Shown here: positions 1 through 8,572 of the stretch, piece after piece
How the letters are laid out: every line of letters starts with the position of its first letter
Position numbering within the stretch: position 1 is the stretch's first letter
IMG/VR virus record: IMGVR_UViG_3300045988_157649
DNA from: a virus
Length of the DNA stretch: 36,890 nt
Reading direction: 5' to 3' (one strand)
Notes under the pieces: model-generated
What the model saw: only the letters and a program-made list of their open reading frames with translations
What the model was told of the DNA's origin: nothing
The model's database searches: none
Program-made: the position numbers and the translations under genes

Positions 1-99
1 CATATAAGGCAACCAGCATTTCCGCAAGGAATCAGGAAAGTTTTGCGGAGGTAAAGCACAGATATGAACAGATACAGGAACAGAAAACGGAACAATGGC
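1..99. repeat. Left copy of the 99-bp exact terminal overlap (identical to 36792-36890)
   Basis: Base-for-base identity read directly from the sequence. Confidence 0.95.
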
Positions 100-134
100 G
101 GGAAATGATGCGAAACCGTTTGAAAGGAGTGTAA
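1..134 (+). CDS. Prohead protease, C-terminal part (continuation of the ORF that leaves the window at 36890)
   Basis: The frame with codons at 3-5, 6-8 and onward reads ...YKATSISARNQESFAEVKHRYEQIQEQKTEQWREMMRNRLKGV and stops at TAA 132-134. It is the same frame as the 36332-36890 ORF through the 99-bp overlap. Confidence 0.85.
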   Translation, partial: YKATSISARNQESFAEVKHRYEQIQEQKTEQWREMMRNRLKGV

Positions 135-137
135 AAA

Positions 138-1844
138 ATGGCATTGAAAGCAATTATGCTGAGAGCAAAGTTGGATAAGAAAAACAAAGAACTGGACGCA
201 CTAAGAGAAAAAGACGCTGATTTTACCAAGCGTGAGTCAGAACTGGAGGCTGCCATTGCGGAAGCCCAGACAGAGGAGGAACAGCAGACTGTTTCGGATG
301 CGGTCGATCAGTTTGAAACGGAAAAAGAGGCGCATGAAGCGGCAAAGACAAGTTTGCAGAATGAAATTGACGATTTGGAGTCGGAACTGGAAAAAACAGA
401 AAAGGAACCGGAAGAACCTAAGCAGAGAACAGCGGGAAAAAATGGAACAACAGAAAGGATGGAGAGAATGATGGGCAAATTTGAGATCAGAAGCCTTCCC
501 ATGAATGTGAGAGCATTTGATTCTTTGTCAATGGAACAGAGAACTGCCATTGTGGAGAGGGAAGATGTGAAAGCGTTCCTGAGCAGAATGAGAGAACAGA
601 AAGGCAGTAAACGGGCAATTTCCGGCGGTGATCTGGAAATTCCAATTGTTTTCATGGAACTGATTTCCGAAAATATGTACCGCTATTCCAAATTGCTGAA
701 CCGTGTGCGTGTAAGACAGGTTGCGGGTGAAGCCAGACAGACCATTGCAGGCACGGTACCGGAAGCGATTTGGACAGAAATGTGCGGTGCGATCAATGAA
801 CTTTCCTTTGTATTCCACCAGATTACATTGGATGGCTATAAGGTGGCAGGTTATGTGCCAGTATGTAACTCTTTGCTAGAGGACACCACCAGCAATCTGG
901 ACTTGGCTTCTTGGATTGTGGAAATGCTGTCTGAATCTATTGGTTATGCCATCGACAAAGCCATTCTTTACGGCAAAGGTGCGACATCCAAAATGCCTCT
1001 GGGGATTGTGACAAGACTGGCACAGGATTCTAAACCGGCAGGATATCCCGCAAACGCGCCGGAATGGGTCGATTTGGGCGATACCAATATGATTAAGATT
1101 GATGGCGCAAGTATGGAACCTATTCCATTCCTGTCCGCTTTTGCGTTGGCTGCGGGCAATACATACACCAGATATGCCCGTGGTGATAAATTCTGGACGA
1201 TGAACTCAAAAACATATGCCCAGATTCAGGCAAAACTCATCAGTGCCACCGCAACCGGTGAGTTTGTGTCCAGAATCGCAGGCGTGATGCCAATTACAGA
1301 TGGTAATGTGGATATTCTGGAGTTTATTCCTGATGGAGATATTATCGGTGGATACGGCGATCTGTATCTGTGGATTGAACGAGGAGCAATGCAGATTGAT
1401 CTGTCTACAGAAGTACAGTTCATTCAGGACAACACTGTATTCCGTGGAAAAGAACGTGCCGATGGACAGCCTGTCATTCCAGGGGCGTTTGTCGCTATCA
1501 ACATCAATAATCAGGAAGTTACTACAGAAATGGATTTCGCGGCAGATACTGCCAATGACGCGGATCTGAATGAGTTGGTCATTGGGTCAGAAAGCCTGAA
1601 TCCGGCATTTGATCCAGATACATTGACCTATACCATTGCTGCGGCTTCTGCGGCAAGCGCAAAGGTAGAAGCAACCACAGCACAGGCAAAGGCTTCTGTT
1701 GCAATTTCCTATAACGGTAAGAATGTGAAAAACGGCGGCACAGTCACATTCCTGGCAGACAGTACCGCACATCCTCTGACCGTTACTGTGAAAAATGGAA
1801 ACGCCGTGAAAGTATATACTGTTCAGATCACAAAGGGGGAGTAA
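138..1844 (+). CDS. Major capsid protein, HK97-like, with an N-terminal delta/scaffold-like coiled coil and a C-terminal cadherin-like/Ig-like beta-sandwich domain
   Basis: 568-aa ORF 3 nt after the protease stop, with RBS AAAGGAG upstream. The first ~110 aa are charged and helical (KELDALREKDADFTKRESELEAAI...). No separate scaffold gene is present. The C-terminal ~90 aa (LNELVIGSESLNPAFDPDTLTYTI...VKVYTVQITKG) match the cadherin-like beta-sandwich pattern. Confidence 0.85.
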   Translation: MALKAIMLRAKLDKKNKELDALREKDADFTKRESELEAAIAEAQTEEEQQTVSDAVDQFETEKEAHEAAKTSLQNEIDDLESELEKTEKEPEEPKQRTAGKNGTTERMERMMGKFEIRSLPMNVRAFDSLSMEQRTAIVEREDVKAFLSRMREQKGSKRAISGGDLEIPIVFMELISENMYRYSKLLNRVRVRQVAGEARQTIAGTVPEAIWTEMCGAINELSFVFHQITLDGYKVAGYVPVCNSLLEDTTSNLDLASWIVEMLSESIGYAIDKAILYGKGATSKMPLGIVTRLAQDSKPAGYPANAPEWVDLGDTNMIKIDGASMEPIPFLSAFALAAGNTYTRYARGDKFWTMNSKTYAQIQAKLISATATGEFVSRIAGVMPITDGNVDILEFIPDGDIIGGYGDLYLWIERGAMQIDLSTEVQFIQDNTVFRGKERADGQPVIPGAFVAININNQEVTTEMDFAADTANDADLNELVIGSESLNPAFDPDTLTYTIAAASAASAKVEATTAQAKASVAISYNGKNVKNGGTVTFLADSTAHPLTVTVKNGNAVKVYTVQITKGE

Positions 1845-1933
1845 CGCCCCCGTCCACAGATGCCGTAATTGGGACGGGAATGATTGGAACGGCAACCATT
1901 GCGGAAAACGAAACTGTATAAGGAGGCATGAAT

Positions 1934-2257
1934 ATGGCATATGAACCGACAACATGGAACAAAGGCGATGTGATCACCGCTGAAAAAATGAATAAATTGG
2001 AACAGGGTGTCGCGAATGAACAGGTAGGACCTCAGGGACCAAAAGGTGACACCGGAAAAACAGGACCACAAGGTCCCAAGGGTGATCCGGGAGAAAAAGG
2101 CGAAAAAGGTGACCAAGGTCCCGCGGGCGCAGGACTGACAGGCTCAGCGACAGCCATTGAAGCCATTGCGACACCGGAATCTGCGGATGCGGCAACCATT
2201 GCCAATAAGGTCAATGAAATCATTACACAATTGAAAGCAAGGGGCGTAACCGCATAG
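1934..2257 (+). CDS. Collagen-like (G-X-Y)12 small protein, candidate head fibre or decoration protein
   Basis: AGGAGG at 1921-1926 lies 7 nt before ATG 1934. The track start at 1928 is only 1 nt from the RBS. Twelve uninterrupted G-X-Y triplets occupy 2027-2134 (GPQGPKGDTGKTGPQGPKGDPGEKGEKGDQGPAGAG). Confidence 0.75.
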   Translation: MAYEPTTWNKGDVITAEKMNKLEQGVANEQVGPQGPKGDTGKTGPQGPKGDPGEKGEKGDQGPAGAGLTGSATAIEAIATPESADAATIANKVNEIITQLKARGVTA

Positions 2258-2268
2258 GGGGAATCAGG

Positions 2269-2547
2269 ATGACAGCAGAGGAAAAACTGGAAGTATTGAA
2301 ATGTGATTTGCAATTACTGACCTCTGCCAATGACGTACTTTTGAAAAAACTGCTCAGTCAGGCAGAGGAAGCCATCAAAACGGAAGGCATTACCTTGATA
2401 AAAAATGATATTTCGTGTGATATGGCTGTGATCAGTTACGCGGCTTACTTATTCCGAAAACGTGCTTCTGCTGAAACAACCATGCCAAGATTTTTACGGT
2501 ACCAATTGAATAACATCCTGTTCAAACAGAAGGGCGGTGCTTTATGA
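2269..2547 (+). CDS. Head-tail connector protein (gp6-like / DNA-packaging QLRG-type)
   Basis: 92-aa ORF in the canonical position after the capsid. Size and helical pattern fit gp6/gp15-like connectors. RBS GGGGG. Confidence 0.6.
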   Translation: MTAEEKLEVLKCDLQLLTSANDVLLKKLLSQAEEAIKTEGITLIKNDISCDMAVISYAAYLFRKRASAETTMPRFLRYQLNNILFKQKGGAL

Positions 2548-2891
2548 CATTTGATGATGGTATTTTGGAAGTTTACCGCATGGAAAATACAGCGCCGCCC
2601 GGTGCTATGCCGAAGGAAACGCCGATCTTAAAGGGTCGGCATTACTTTGGTTATGATACCTTGGGATTTCAGCGGTATTATACGGCATTGCAAGCCCAGC
2701 AAAAAGCCGATGCGGTCGTAAATATACCTTTGTGGCAGGATATTCGAATGACAGATATTGTAAAATTGGATGATGGCAGTGGTTTTCGTGTTTTATTGGC
2801 ACAGAAAATGAAAGATGACAATGGTTTGCAAATCACAAAGCTGACATTAGAAAGGTTGGAGAGTGCTGATGTTCCAAACAGCTATGATTGA
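2544..2891 (+). CDS. Head closure protein (SPP1 gp16-like)
   Basis: 115-aa ORF with ATGA start/stop overlap to the upstream gene. Assignment rests on synteny. Confidence 0.55.
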   Translation: MTFDDGILEVYRMENTAPPGAMPKETPILKGRHYFGYDTLGFQRYYTALQAQQKADAVVNIPLWQDIRMTDIVKLDDGSGFRVLLAQKMKDDNGLQITKLTLERLESADVPNSYD

Positions 2892-3192
2892 ACAGGCATT
2901 ACGACAAGTTCATGTACCGGTGTTTCACTTCTACGCGTTTCATAAGGCGGACAGATATGTGGTATGGGCAGAGGACGGAGAGGGAGAAGAACTTGCGGCA
3001 GATAATCAAAAGGTCGGGCAGGTACTTTCCGGCACCATTGATTTTTTTACCAGAACAGAAAACGATCCAGCCATTGTGGAAATCCAAACGGCACTGGAAA
3101 ACGCGGAAATCTCCTATTACCTCAATTCCGTACAATACGAAGAAGAAACAAGGTATATTCATTACGAATGGCGGTGGGAGGTGGTGGGCTGA
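2863..3192 (+). CDS. Neck / tail-completion protein (family not assigned)
   Basis: 109-aa ORF in the head-tail joining block. Possible starts are 2863 (GGAG-like RBS) or 2884. Confidence 0.5.
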   Translation: MLMFQTAMIEQALRQVHVPVFHFYAFHKADRYVVWAEDGEGEELAADNQKVGQVLSGTIDFFTRTENDPAIVEIQTALENAEISYYLNSVQYEEETRYIHYEWRWEVVG

Positions 3193-3677
3193 TGGCAAAA
3201 ATTACATTTTATGGCTTTGAAAGCTACGAGAAAAAATTACAGGATTTGTCCAAAGATATAGAACGTATTGAAAACGAAGCCATTTACCTTGCGGCAAAAG
3301 AAGTGGCGGACGAAGTGAAAGCCGGTATCCACTGGCTGAACACCGGCAGTCTGAGCGGCAACGAAACACCGGAAGAATCCCAACGACGGGCAAAGCAGAA
3401 GCAGGGACTTTTGGAAAGCTTTGGTATTTCTCCCATGGAAACAGATGGAGGATTCCGCAATGTCAAACTTGGCTTTGATGGTTATAACGCCGTCAGAACG
3501 CCAAAATACCCCAATGGACAGCCAAATGTGATGGTGGCAAGGATATTCAACAGCGGGACTTCTTTCAGCAGTAAGCAGCCTTTTTTTGACAATGCCATAA
3601 GGCTGACGAGAAACAGAGCAAAGAAAATCATGAAAGAAACCATTGAAGGAGCAATTGAGGAAAAAATGAAGGAGTGA
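3192..3677 (+). CDS. HK97 gp10-like tail component
   Basis: TGATG stop/start overlap at 3190-3194 gives MAKITFYGFESYEKKLQDLSKD...AAKEVADEVKA, typical of the HK97 gp10 family. The track start at 3168 is probably too early. Confidence 0.6.
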   Translation: MAKITFYGFESYEKKLQDLSKDIERIENEAIYLAAKEVADEVKAGIHWLNTGSLSGNETPEESQRRAKQKQGLLESFGISPMETDGGFRNVKLGFDGYNAVRTPKYPNGQPNVMVARIFNSGTSFSSKQPFFDNAIRLTRNRAKKIMKETIEGAIEEKMKE

Positions 3678-3682
3678 TATAG

Positions 3683-4285
3683 ATGGCAAAGATTGGTTTG
3701 AGCAAACCTTATTTTGCGAAATACAGCAATACAGGAAGTACGGTCACCTATTCAGAGGGGGCATTGATCGGTAAAGCTGTGGAATTGTCCATCGAACTGG
3801 AAGAAGGCGATGACAACATCCTGTATGCCGATAATGGTCCAGCGGAAAGCGCCAATACCTTCAGCGGCGGCAGTCTGACATTGACCACGGACGATCTGCT
3901 GCCTGATGTGATGATAAAGGTGCTGGGCGTTAAGGAAGAAACCATTACCAGCAAGGATATCAAAACAGAAACACCCAAATGGTACAACTGGGATGATGAT
4001 CAGAATACGCCTTATCTGGGCTTTGGCGCCATTGTGAAAGTGCAGAATAACAATGTGATTGGGTATCAGGCAGTGATCCTGCCTAAAATCAAGCTGAACA
4101 ATCCCGGCGATACCTTTACCACACAGGGAGAAACCATTGAATTTGGTACACCGGAAATTTCCGGCACCATTTTGCGCAGTGATGGAGAGAAACACACATG
4201 GAAAAAGGTATCCAGCGTCATGAACAGTGAGGCAGACGCAGAAGCGGCAATCAAACAGTTCCTGTCTATTGCGGGGGAGCCGTAA
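3683..4285 (+). CDS. Major tail (tube) protein
   Basis: 200-aa ORF with RBS GAAGGAG, positioned before the chaperone and tape-measure pair. The N-terminus MAKIGLSKPYFAKY is typical of phi13/TP901-type tube proteins. Confidence 0.75.
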   Translation: MAKIGLSKPYFAKYSNTGSTVTYSEGALIGKAVELSIELEEGDDNILYADNGPAESANTFSGGSLTLTTDDLLPDVMIKVLGVKEETITSKDIKTETPKWYNWDDDQNTPYLGFGAIVKVQNNNVIGYQAVILPKIKLNNPGDTFTTQGETIEFGTPEISGTILRSDGEKHTWKKVSSVMNSEADAEAAIKQFLSIAGEP

Positions 4286-4286
4286 G

Positions 4287-4304
4287 CCCGATCATTGGAT
4301 CGGG
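4287..4304 (+). terminator. Hairpin after the tail tube gene (CCCGATC-ATTG-GATCGGG), possible partial terminator or mRNA stabiliser
   Basis: Perfect 7-bp stem 2 nt after the stop codon. There is no strong T-run. Confidence 0.35.
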
Positions 4305-4344
4305 TGAAGTTGATTTTGCGGTGTTGTAAGAAAGGAGAAACGAA

Positions 4345-4767
4345 ATGAAAACAGGTATGATGGAAGTCGCAGGAGAGAAGTACCCTTTGAGTTTCAGTGC
4401 GAGGGTAATGGTGGCGTGTAATCAAAGATATGGTTCCATCGACAATATCGGCAGTGCGTTGGAAAGCGAAGCTGGAGATATTGGAAAAATTCTGACAGAG
4501 TGCTTCTGGCTGCTGTCGGAAATGAGCAGAGCTGGCAGTGCTTACCAGAAACTGATGGGAAACGACGCACCGGAACCGCTGACAGAAGATTTTCTGCTGG
4601 ATGTCATTGGGGCGGATGATATTGCGGAACTGAAATTCAATATTTTTTCCGCAATCAGTGGAAATATGCGGCGGGAAGTGGAAACGGAAGATGAGAAAGA
4701 AGCGGCAAAAGACCCAAAGCAGGAGGAAGAAACGGAAGTATCCAATGGTACATCTGGTATGGTTTAA
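4345..4767 (+). CDS. Tail assembly chaperone (G-like, zero-frame product)
   Basis: 140-aa acidic ORF between the tube and tape-measure genes, with RBS AAAGGAG. Confidence 0.75.
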   Translation: MKTGMMEVAGEKYPLSFSARVMVACNQRYGSIDNIGSALESEAGDIGKILTECFWLLSEMSRAGSAYQKLMGNDAPEPLTEDFLLDVIGADDIAELKFNIFSAISGNMRREVETEDEKEAAKDPKQEEETEVSNGTSGMV

Positions 4768-4928
4768 GGCTTGGAATCCCCTATACATTGGTTTGGCAGA
4801 TGCCCTTTGGGGAACTGTGTGACCTGATCGCCATTGAACAGATCAAGAAAGAAGGGGCAAAGCTGAAGCACATCAAAACGGAGGAAGAAGAACGAGAAGA
4901 ATTTTTTGAAATATTGAAGTTGGAGTAA
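4345..4928 (+). CDS. Tail assembly chaperone, -1 frameshift fusion product (GT-like)
   Basis: Slippery heptamer C CCA AAG sits at 4713-4719 in the zero frame. The -1 frame is open from 4695 to TAA 4926-4928 and encodes ...GIPYTLVWQMPFGELCDLIAIEQIKKEG.... Confidence 0.65.
4713..4719 (+). promoter_or_regulatory. -1 programmed ribosomal frameshift slippery site CCCAAAG
   Basis: It is the only canonical X XXY YYZ heptamer within the overlap of the two open frames. Confidence 0.6.
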
Positions 4929-4956
4929 GCGTCTGTATTTGCAGGCGCTTTTTTCT
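4928..4956 (+). terminator. Terminator-like hairpin plus T-run between the chaperone and tape-measure genes
   Basis: AGCGTCTG-loop-CAGGCGCT (one G-U pair) followed by TTTTTTCTTT. Confidence 0.45.
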
Positions 4957-4978
4957 TTCCGGAAGGGGGTGAGATGAA

Positions 4979-7900
4979 ATGGCAACAGACATTGGTGCAA
5001 GAATCGGCATCGATGGTGAGAAATCCTTTCGGGACAGTTTGAGCGCTGTCAACGCCCAGTTGAAAAATCTGGGTTCTGAAATGAAAGCGGTGGTTTCCTC
5101 TTTCACAGGTATGGAGGACAGCGAGGAATCTTTAACTGCCCAAGGGAAAGTGCTGGAACGGTCGATACAAGCCAGTGCGGATAAGATTTCCCTTTTGACT
5201 GGGCAATCCGAACGTGCAAAAGCAAAGCTGGATGAGCTGGCAAGGGAACTGGATGATGCCACCAGAAGTTTCGGCGCCAATTCCACAGAAGCCATCCGGG
5301 CACAAAATGCTTATAACAAACAGGTGCGTGTGGTAAATAATCTGGAATCCCAGATCAACAGTGCCACAGCCGATATGAACAAAATGAAGCGGCAGATGGA
5401 TCGTCTGGGAAAATCAGCGGATGAGTTATCCGATGATTTACAGGATGCGGGGAGAGAAGCCAAGTCTGCCGGAAGTTCCTTCAAAGACGCTTTTGCCGGC
5501 GGTGTCATTGCCGGAGCCGTCCAGTCGTTGGTAAGCGGCATCGTATCTCTGGTAGAAAGCACCAAGGAATACAGCAAAATCATGGGGACGCTGGAAGTTT
5601 CCAGCCAAAAGGCGGGCTATTCGGCGGAGCAGACCCAACAGACCTATACACAGCTTTATGGCGTATTGGGGGATAACCAATCGGCGGCAACGGCAGCGGC
5701 AAACCTACAGGCGTTGAAATTGTCACAGGAACAGCTGACGCAGCTGACAGACGGCGCAATCGGCGCATGGGCGACATACGGGGATTCCATTCCCATTGAT
5801 TCTTTGGCGGAAGCCATCAACGAAACCGTTAAAGTGGGACAGGTGACCGGCACATTCGCGGATGTGCTGAACTGGGCGGGTACCAGTGAGGACGATTTCA
5901 ACAAAAAGCTGGAAGCCACAAAGAGTGAAAGTGAACGGGCGAATCTGGTATTACAGGAATTATCCAAACAAGGGCTGACGCAGGCGGCAGAGGCTTGGCG
6001 GGAAAACAACGCCGAACTGGAAGCGGCAAACCGTGCCAGCGCCGCATGGGAGCAGACCACAGGGCGTTTGGGAACGGCTTTGATGCCGCTGACCACAAGC
6101 GTCACAAATCTGGGAAACGCTTTATTGACAAATCTGCTGAATGTCATGGACGGATTTCAAAACGGTGGTGTAGAAGGCGGTTTTTCTGTCATTACAGACC
6201 TGATTAACGGTTTACAAACGAAGCTGAAAGAAAGCCTTCCTTTGATGATTGAAAGTGGTTTACAGTCCTTGGTGGGATTTACGGAAGGACTACGCAGTGG
6301 GGTCGGAACGCTGGTGGATGCGGGGCTGTCCTTGCTGCAGACATTGGCAGATGGTATCATTCAAAACCTGCCGACGCTGATTGAAACCATACCCCAGATC
6401 GTCATCAATATTGCGGGCATCATCAATGATAATGCACCGAAACTCATTGTGGCAGCATTGACGCTGATCAAGAATCTTGCCATTGGCTTGGTAAAAGCCA
6501 TCCCCACATTGGTGGCAAATATACCGAAAATCATACAGGCAATTGTCAGTGCCTTTTTGGCGTTCAACTGGCTGTCATTGGGGAAAAATCTGATGACTGC
6601 ACTGAAAGATGGTATTAAGTCTATGGGACCGGCGATAAAAACAACTGCCGGTAATATTTTCAATTCCATCAAAACGACACTTTCCAATATCCCGGCGGCA
6701 CTGAAAACCATCGGTTCCAATGGCATTTCTTCTCTTGCAGCCGGATTGAAGTCTATGGCAAAAACAGCTGTTGGTGTGGTTCGTGAGGTTGGGACCAATA
6801 TCCTCAATGCCATTAAGGCACTGCCAGGAAAAATGGTTGAAATCGGGAAGAATATCCTGGATGGTTTGAAAGAAGGTATTCTATCAAAGGTAAAGGAAAT
6901 CGGAACGGCGGCATCCGAGGTTGTGGACACCGTCAAAAACATCTTCACAGGGAAAAGCGGTTTTGATACACATTCCCCATCCAAGTGGTCAGAGGATGTG
7001 GGAGAAAATGTTGACATTGGTCTGGCAAATGGTCTGAAGGGGAAGGCGGATGTCCCAATCTCTGCCATGGAGGATTTGACAGATGGTGTGCTTCATGCGG
7101 CAAGTGAAATGGATGGGGCAGTTACCGTGGCAAAGAAAACTGCCCGAAAAGTAGGAGATGTGCTGCAAGCCGAAATCAATCAGATCAATCAGAAGATCGA
7201 AGCGGAACAGAAGAAAGCATCAGAGGAAGCGGCTGCGGAAGAATTGAAGCAGTATCAGGATAACCTGAGTAAGAAATATCAGGAACTGAGTAAAGCAGAA
7301 GGAGAGAACGCACAGAAAATCCGGGAGGAAATTGCCGAACTGGAAGCAGAGTGGAACAAAAAACAGGTGGAGGCAGCCAGAACCACTGCCCAAGCAGCCA
7401 ATGAAGCCCGTTTGCAGGAATTGCAGACATTCCAGCAGGAATACGAATCGGCTCTGGATGCCATCGAAAGTAAACAGGAAAGTTTGCAGGATCAGCTGGC
7501 TGATTATGGAGAATTGTTCCAGCGCATCGACATCAAAGACGAAGAAGGCAATGTGATCGGTGAAAAATTCCAGCTGGGAGATTTGCAGAAGGAAATCGAC
7601 CAGATCCAGAAATATGGGGATGCTCTGGAAAAGCTGCAGGAAAGAGGACTTTCGGATGGGTTGTTATCGGAAATCACCAATATGGGCATGGAAGATGCCA
7701 TGGATTATATGAACAAGCTGATTTCCATTTCTGATGGTGCCTTTGATGATTATGTGCAGTTGTTTGCAGAAAAGCAGAAAGCAGCTCAGGAAGTAGCGGC
7801 AAAAGTATATCAATCTGAGTTTTCTTCTTTGGAGCAGAACTATTTTCAGAAATTGCCCCAGAGTATTGCAGATATGCAGGGACAACTTTTTGCGGCAGGT

Positions 7901-8572
7901 ACCCAGGCTGCCGGACAATTTGCTGCTGGTATGGAATCACAGGGAACACAGATGGGAACCGCATTGGAACAGGCGGTGGGCAATGCTGTTTCTGGAAGTC
8001 AGGAAACCACAGCCATCCAGACATTCCAAAGTGTAACTGCCGGAATGACAGAACAGGAACCCATTCTGACGGAATATCTGACGGCATTGAAAGACCGTTT
8101 GATCGCATTGGTACAGGGGTTCCAGCAGGAATTCCAGAATGTGGGCTTGATGCTCATGGAAGGTGTCGCAAAAGGCGTCAGAGATGGGCAGAGCGGCGTA
8201 GTAAATGCCATTGCGGAAGTGCTGGCGGCAGCGGTACGGGCGGCAAGAGCATCTATGGACATCAACAGCCCTTCCGGCGTGTATGAAGAAATCGGCGGAT
8301 ACATGGCGGAGGGTGTTGGCGTTGGCTGGAATAAGAAACTCAAAAAACTTTCCGGCATCATTGCCGGAGGTATGCAGCAGGTTGTACCAAGCCCGACAGG
8401 TGTTTCCGGCAGTGTGACGCAAAATAACAACAGCCGCAGTTATGCTTACGGAGATATCAATATCTATGTGGACCGTATTGATAATGGAAACGGCAGATCG
8501 GTAGAAACATTCGCACGAGAACTGGAATTTTTCCGCAGACAGCAAAGCACCCGGAAAGGAGGAAAAGCATGA
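4979..8572 (+). CDS. Tape measure protein
   Basis: 1197-aa ORF that is helical and coiled-coil rich with a hydrophobic central region. Canonical position. RBS GGGGGTGAG. Confidence 0.9.
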   Translation: MATDIGARIGIDGEKSFRDSLSAVNAQLKNLGSEMKAVVSSFTGMEDSEESLTAQGKVLERSIQASADKISLLTGQSERAKAKLDELARELDDATRSFGANSTEAIRAQNAYNKQVRVVNNLESQINSATADMNKMKRQMDRLGKSADELSDDLQDAGREAKSAGSSFKDAFAGGVIAGAVQSLVSGIVSLVESTKEYSKIMGTLEVSSQKAGYSAEQTQQTYTQLYGVLGDNQSAATAAANLQALKLSQEQLTQLTDGAIGAWATYGDSIPIDSLAEAINETVKVGQVTGTFADVLNWAGTSEDDFNKKLEATKSESERANLVLQELSKQGLTQAAEAWRENNAELEAANRASAAWEQTTGRLGTALMPLTTSVTNLGNALLTNLLNVMDGFQNGGVEGGFSVITDLINGLQTKLKESLPLMIESGLQSLVGFTEGLRSGVGTLVDAGLSLLQTLADGIIQNLPTLIETIPQIVINIAGIINDNAPKLIVAALTLIKNLAIGLVKAIPTLVANIPKIIQAIVSAFLAFNWLSLGKNLMTALKDGIKSMGPAIKTTAGNIFNSIKTTLSNIPAALKTIGSNGISSLAAGLKSMAKTAVGVVREVGTNILNAIKALPGKMVEIGKNILDGLKEGILSKVKEIGTAASEVVDTVKNIFTGKSGFDTHSPSKWSEDVGENVDIGLANGLKGKADVPISAMEDLTDGVLHAASEMDGAVTVAKKTARKVGDVLQAEINQINQKIEAEQKKASEEAAAEELKQYQDNLSKKYQELSKAEGENAQKIREEIAELEAEWNKKQVEAARTTAQAANEARLQELQTFQQEYESALDAIESKQESLQDQLADYGELFQRIDIKDEEGNVIGEKFQLGDLQKEIDQIQKYGDALEKLQERGLSDGLLSEITNMGMEDAMDYMNKLISISDGAFDDYVQLFAEKQKAAQEVAAKVYQSEFSSLEQNYFQKLPQSIADMQGQLFAAGTQAAGQFAAGMESQGTQMGTALEQAVGNAVSGSQETTAIQTFQSVTAGMTEQEPILTEYLTALKDRLIALVQGFQQEFQNVGLMLMEGVAKGVRDGQSGVVNAIAEVLAAAVRAARASMDINSPSGVYEEIGGYMAEGVGVGWNKKLKKLSGIIAGGMQQVVPSPTGVSGSVTQNNNSRSYAYGDINIYVDRIDNGNGRSVETFARELEFFRRQQSTRKGGKA

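Noticed and set aside
1-99. The 99-bp end repeat as a biological direct terminal repeat or LTR.
   Set aside because: It sits in the middle of the protease coding frame and exactly at the contig ends, which fits an assembly overlap of a circular or circularly permuted genome.
2027-2134. The G-X-Y region as a simple DNA tandem repeat or sequencing artefact.
   Set aside because: The codons vary between triplets (GGA/GGT/GGC and different X-Y codons). Periodicity therefore exists at the protein level only, consistent with a genuine collagen-like coding segment.
4066-4788. Long - strand ORFs opposite structural genes. Examples: 4066-4788, 6361-7068, 7937-8596, 8464-9177, 10614-11303, 35147-35869 and 36347-36886.
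   Set aside because: Each lies antisense to a + strand gene with clear family motifs, RBS and operon coupling. Their translations are Cys/Phe/His-rich and low-complexity and lack RBSs. These are typical shadow ORFs.
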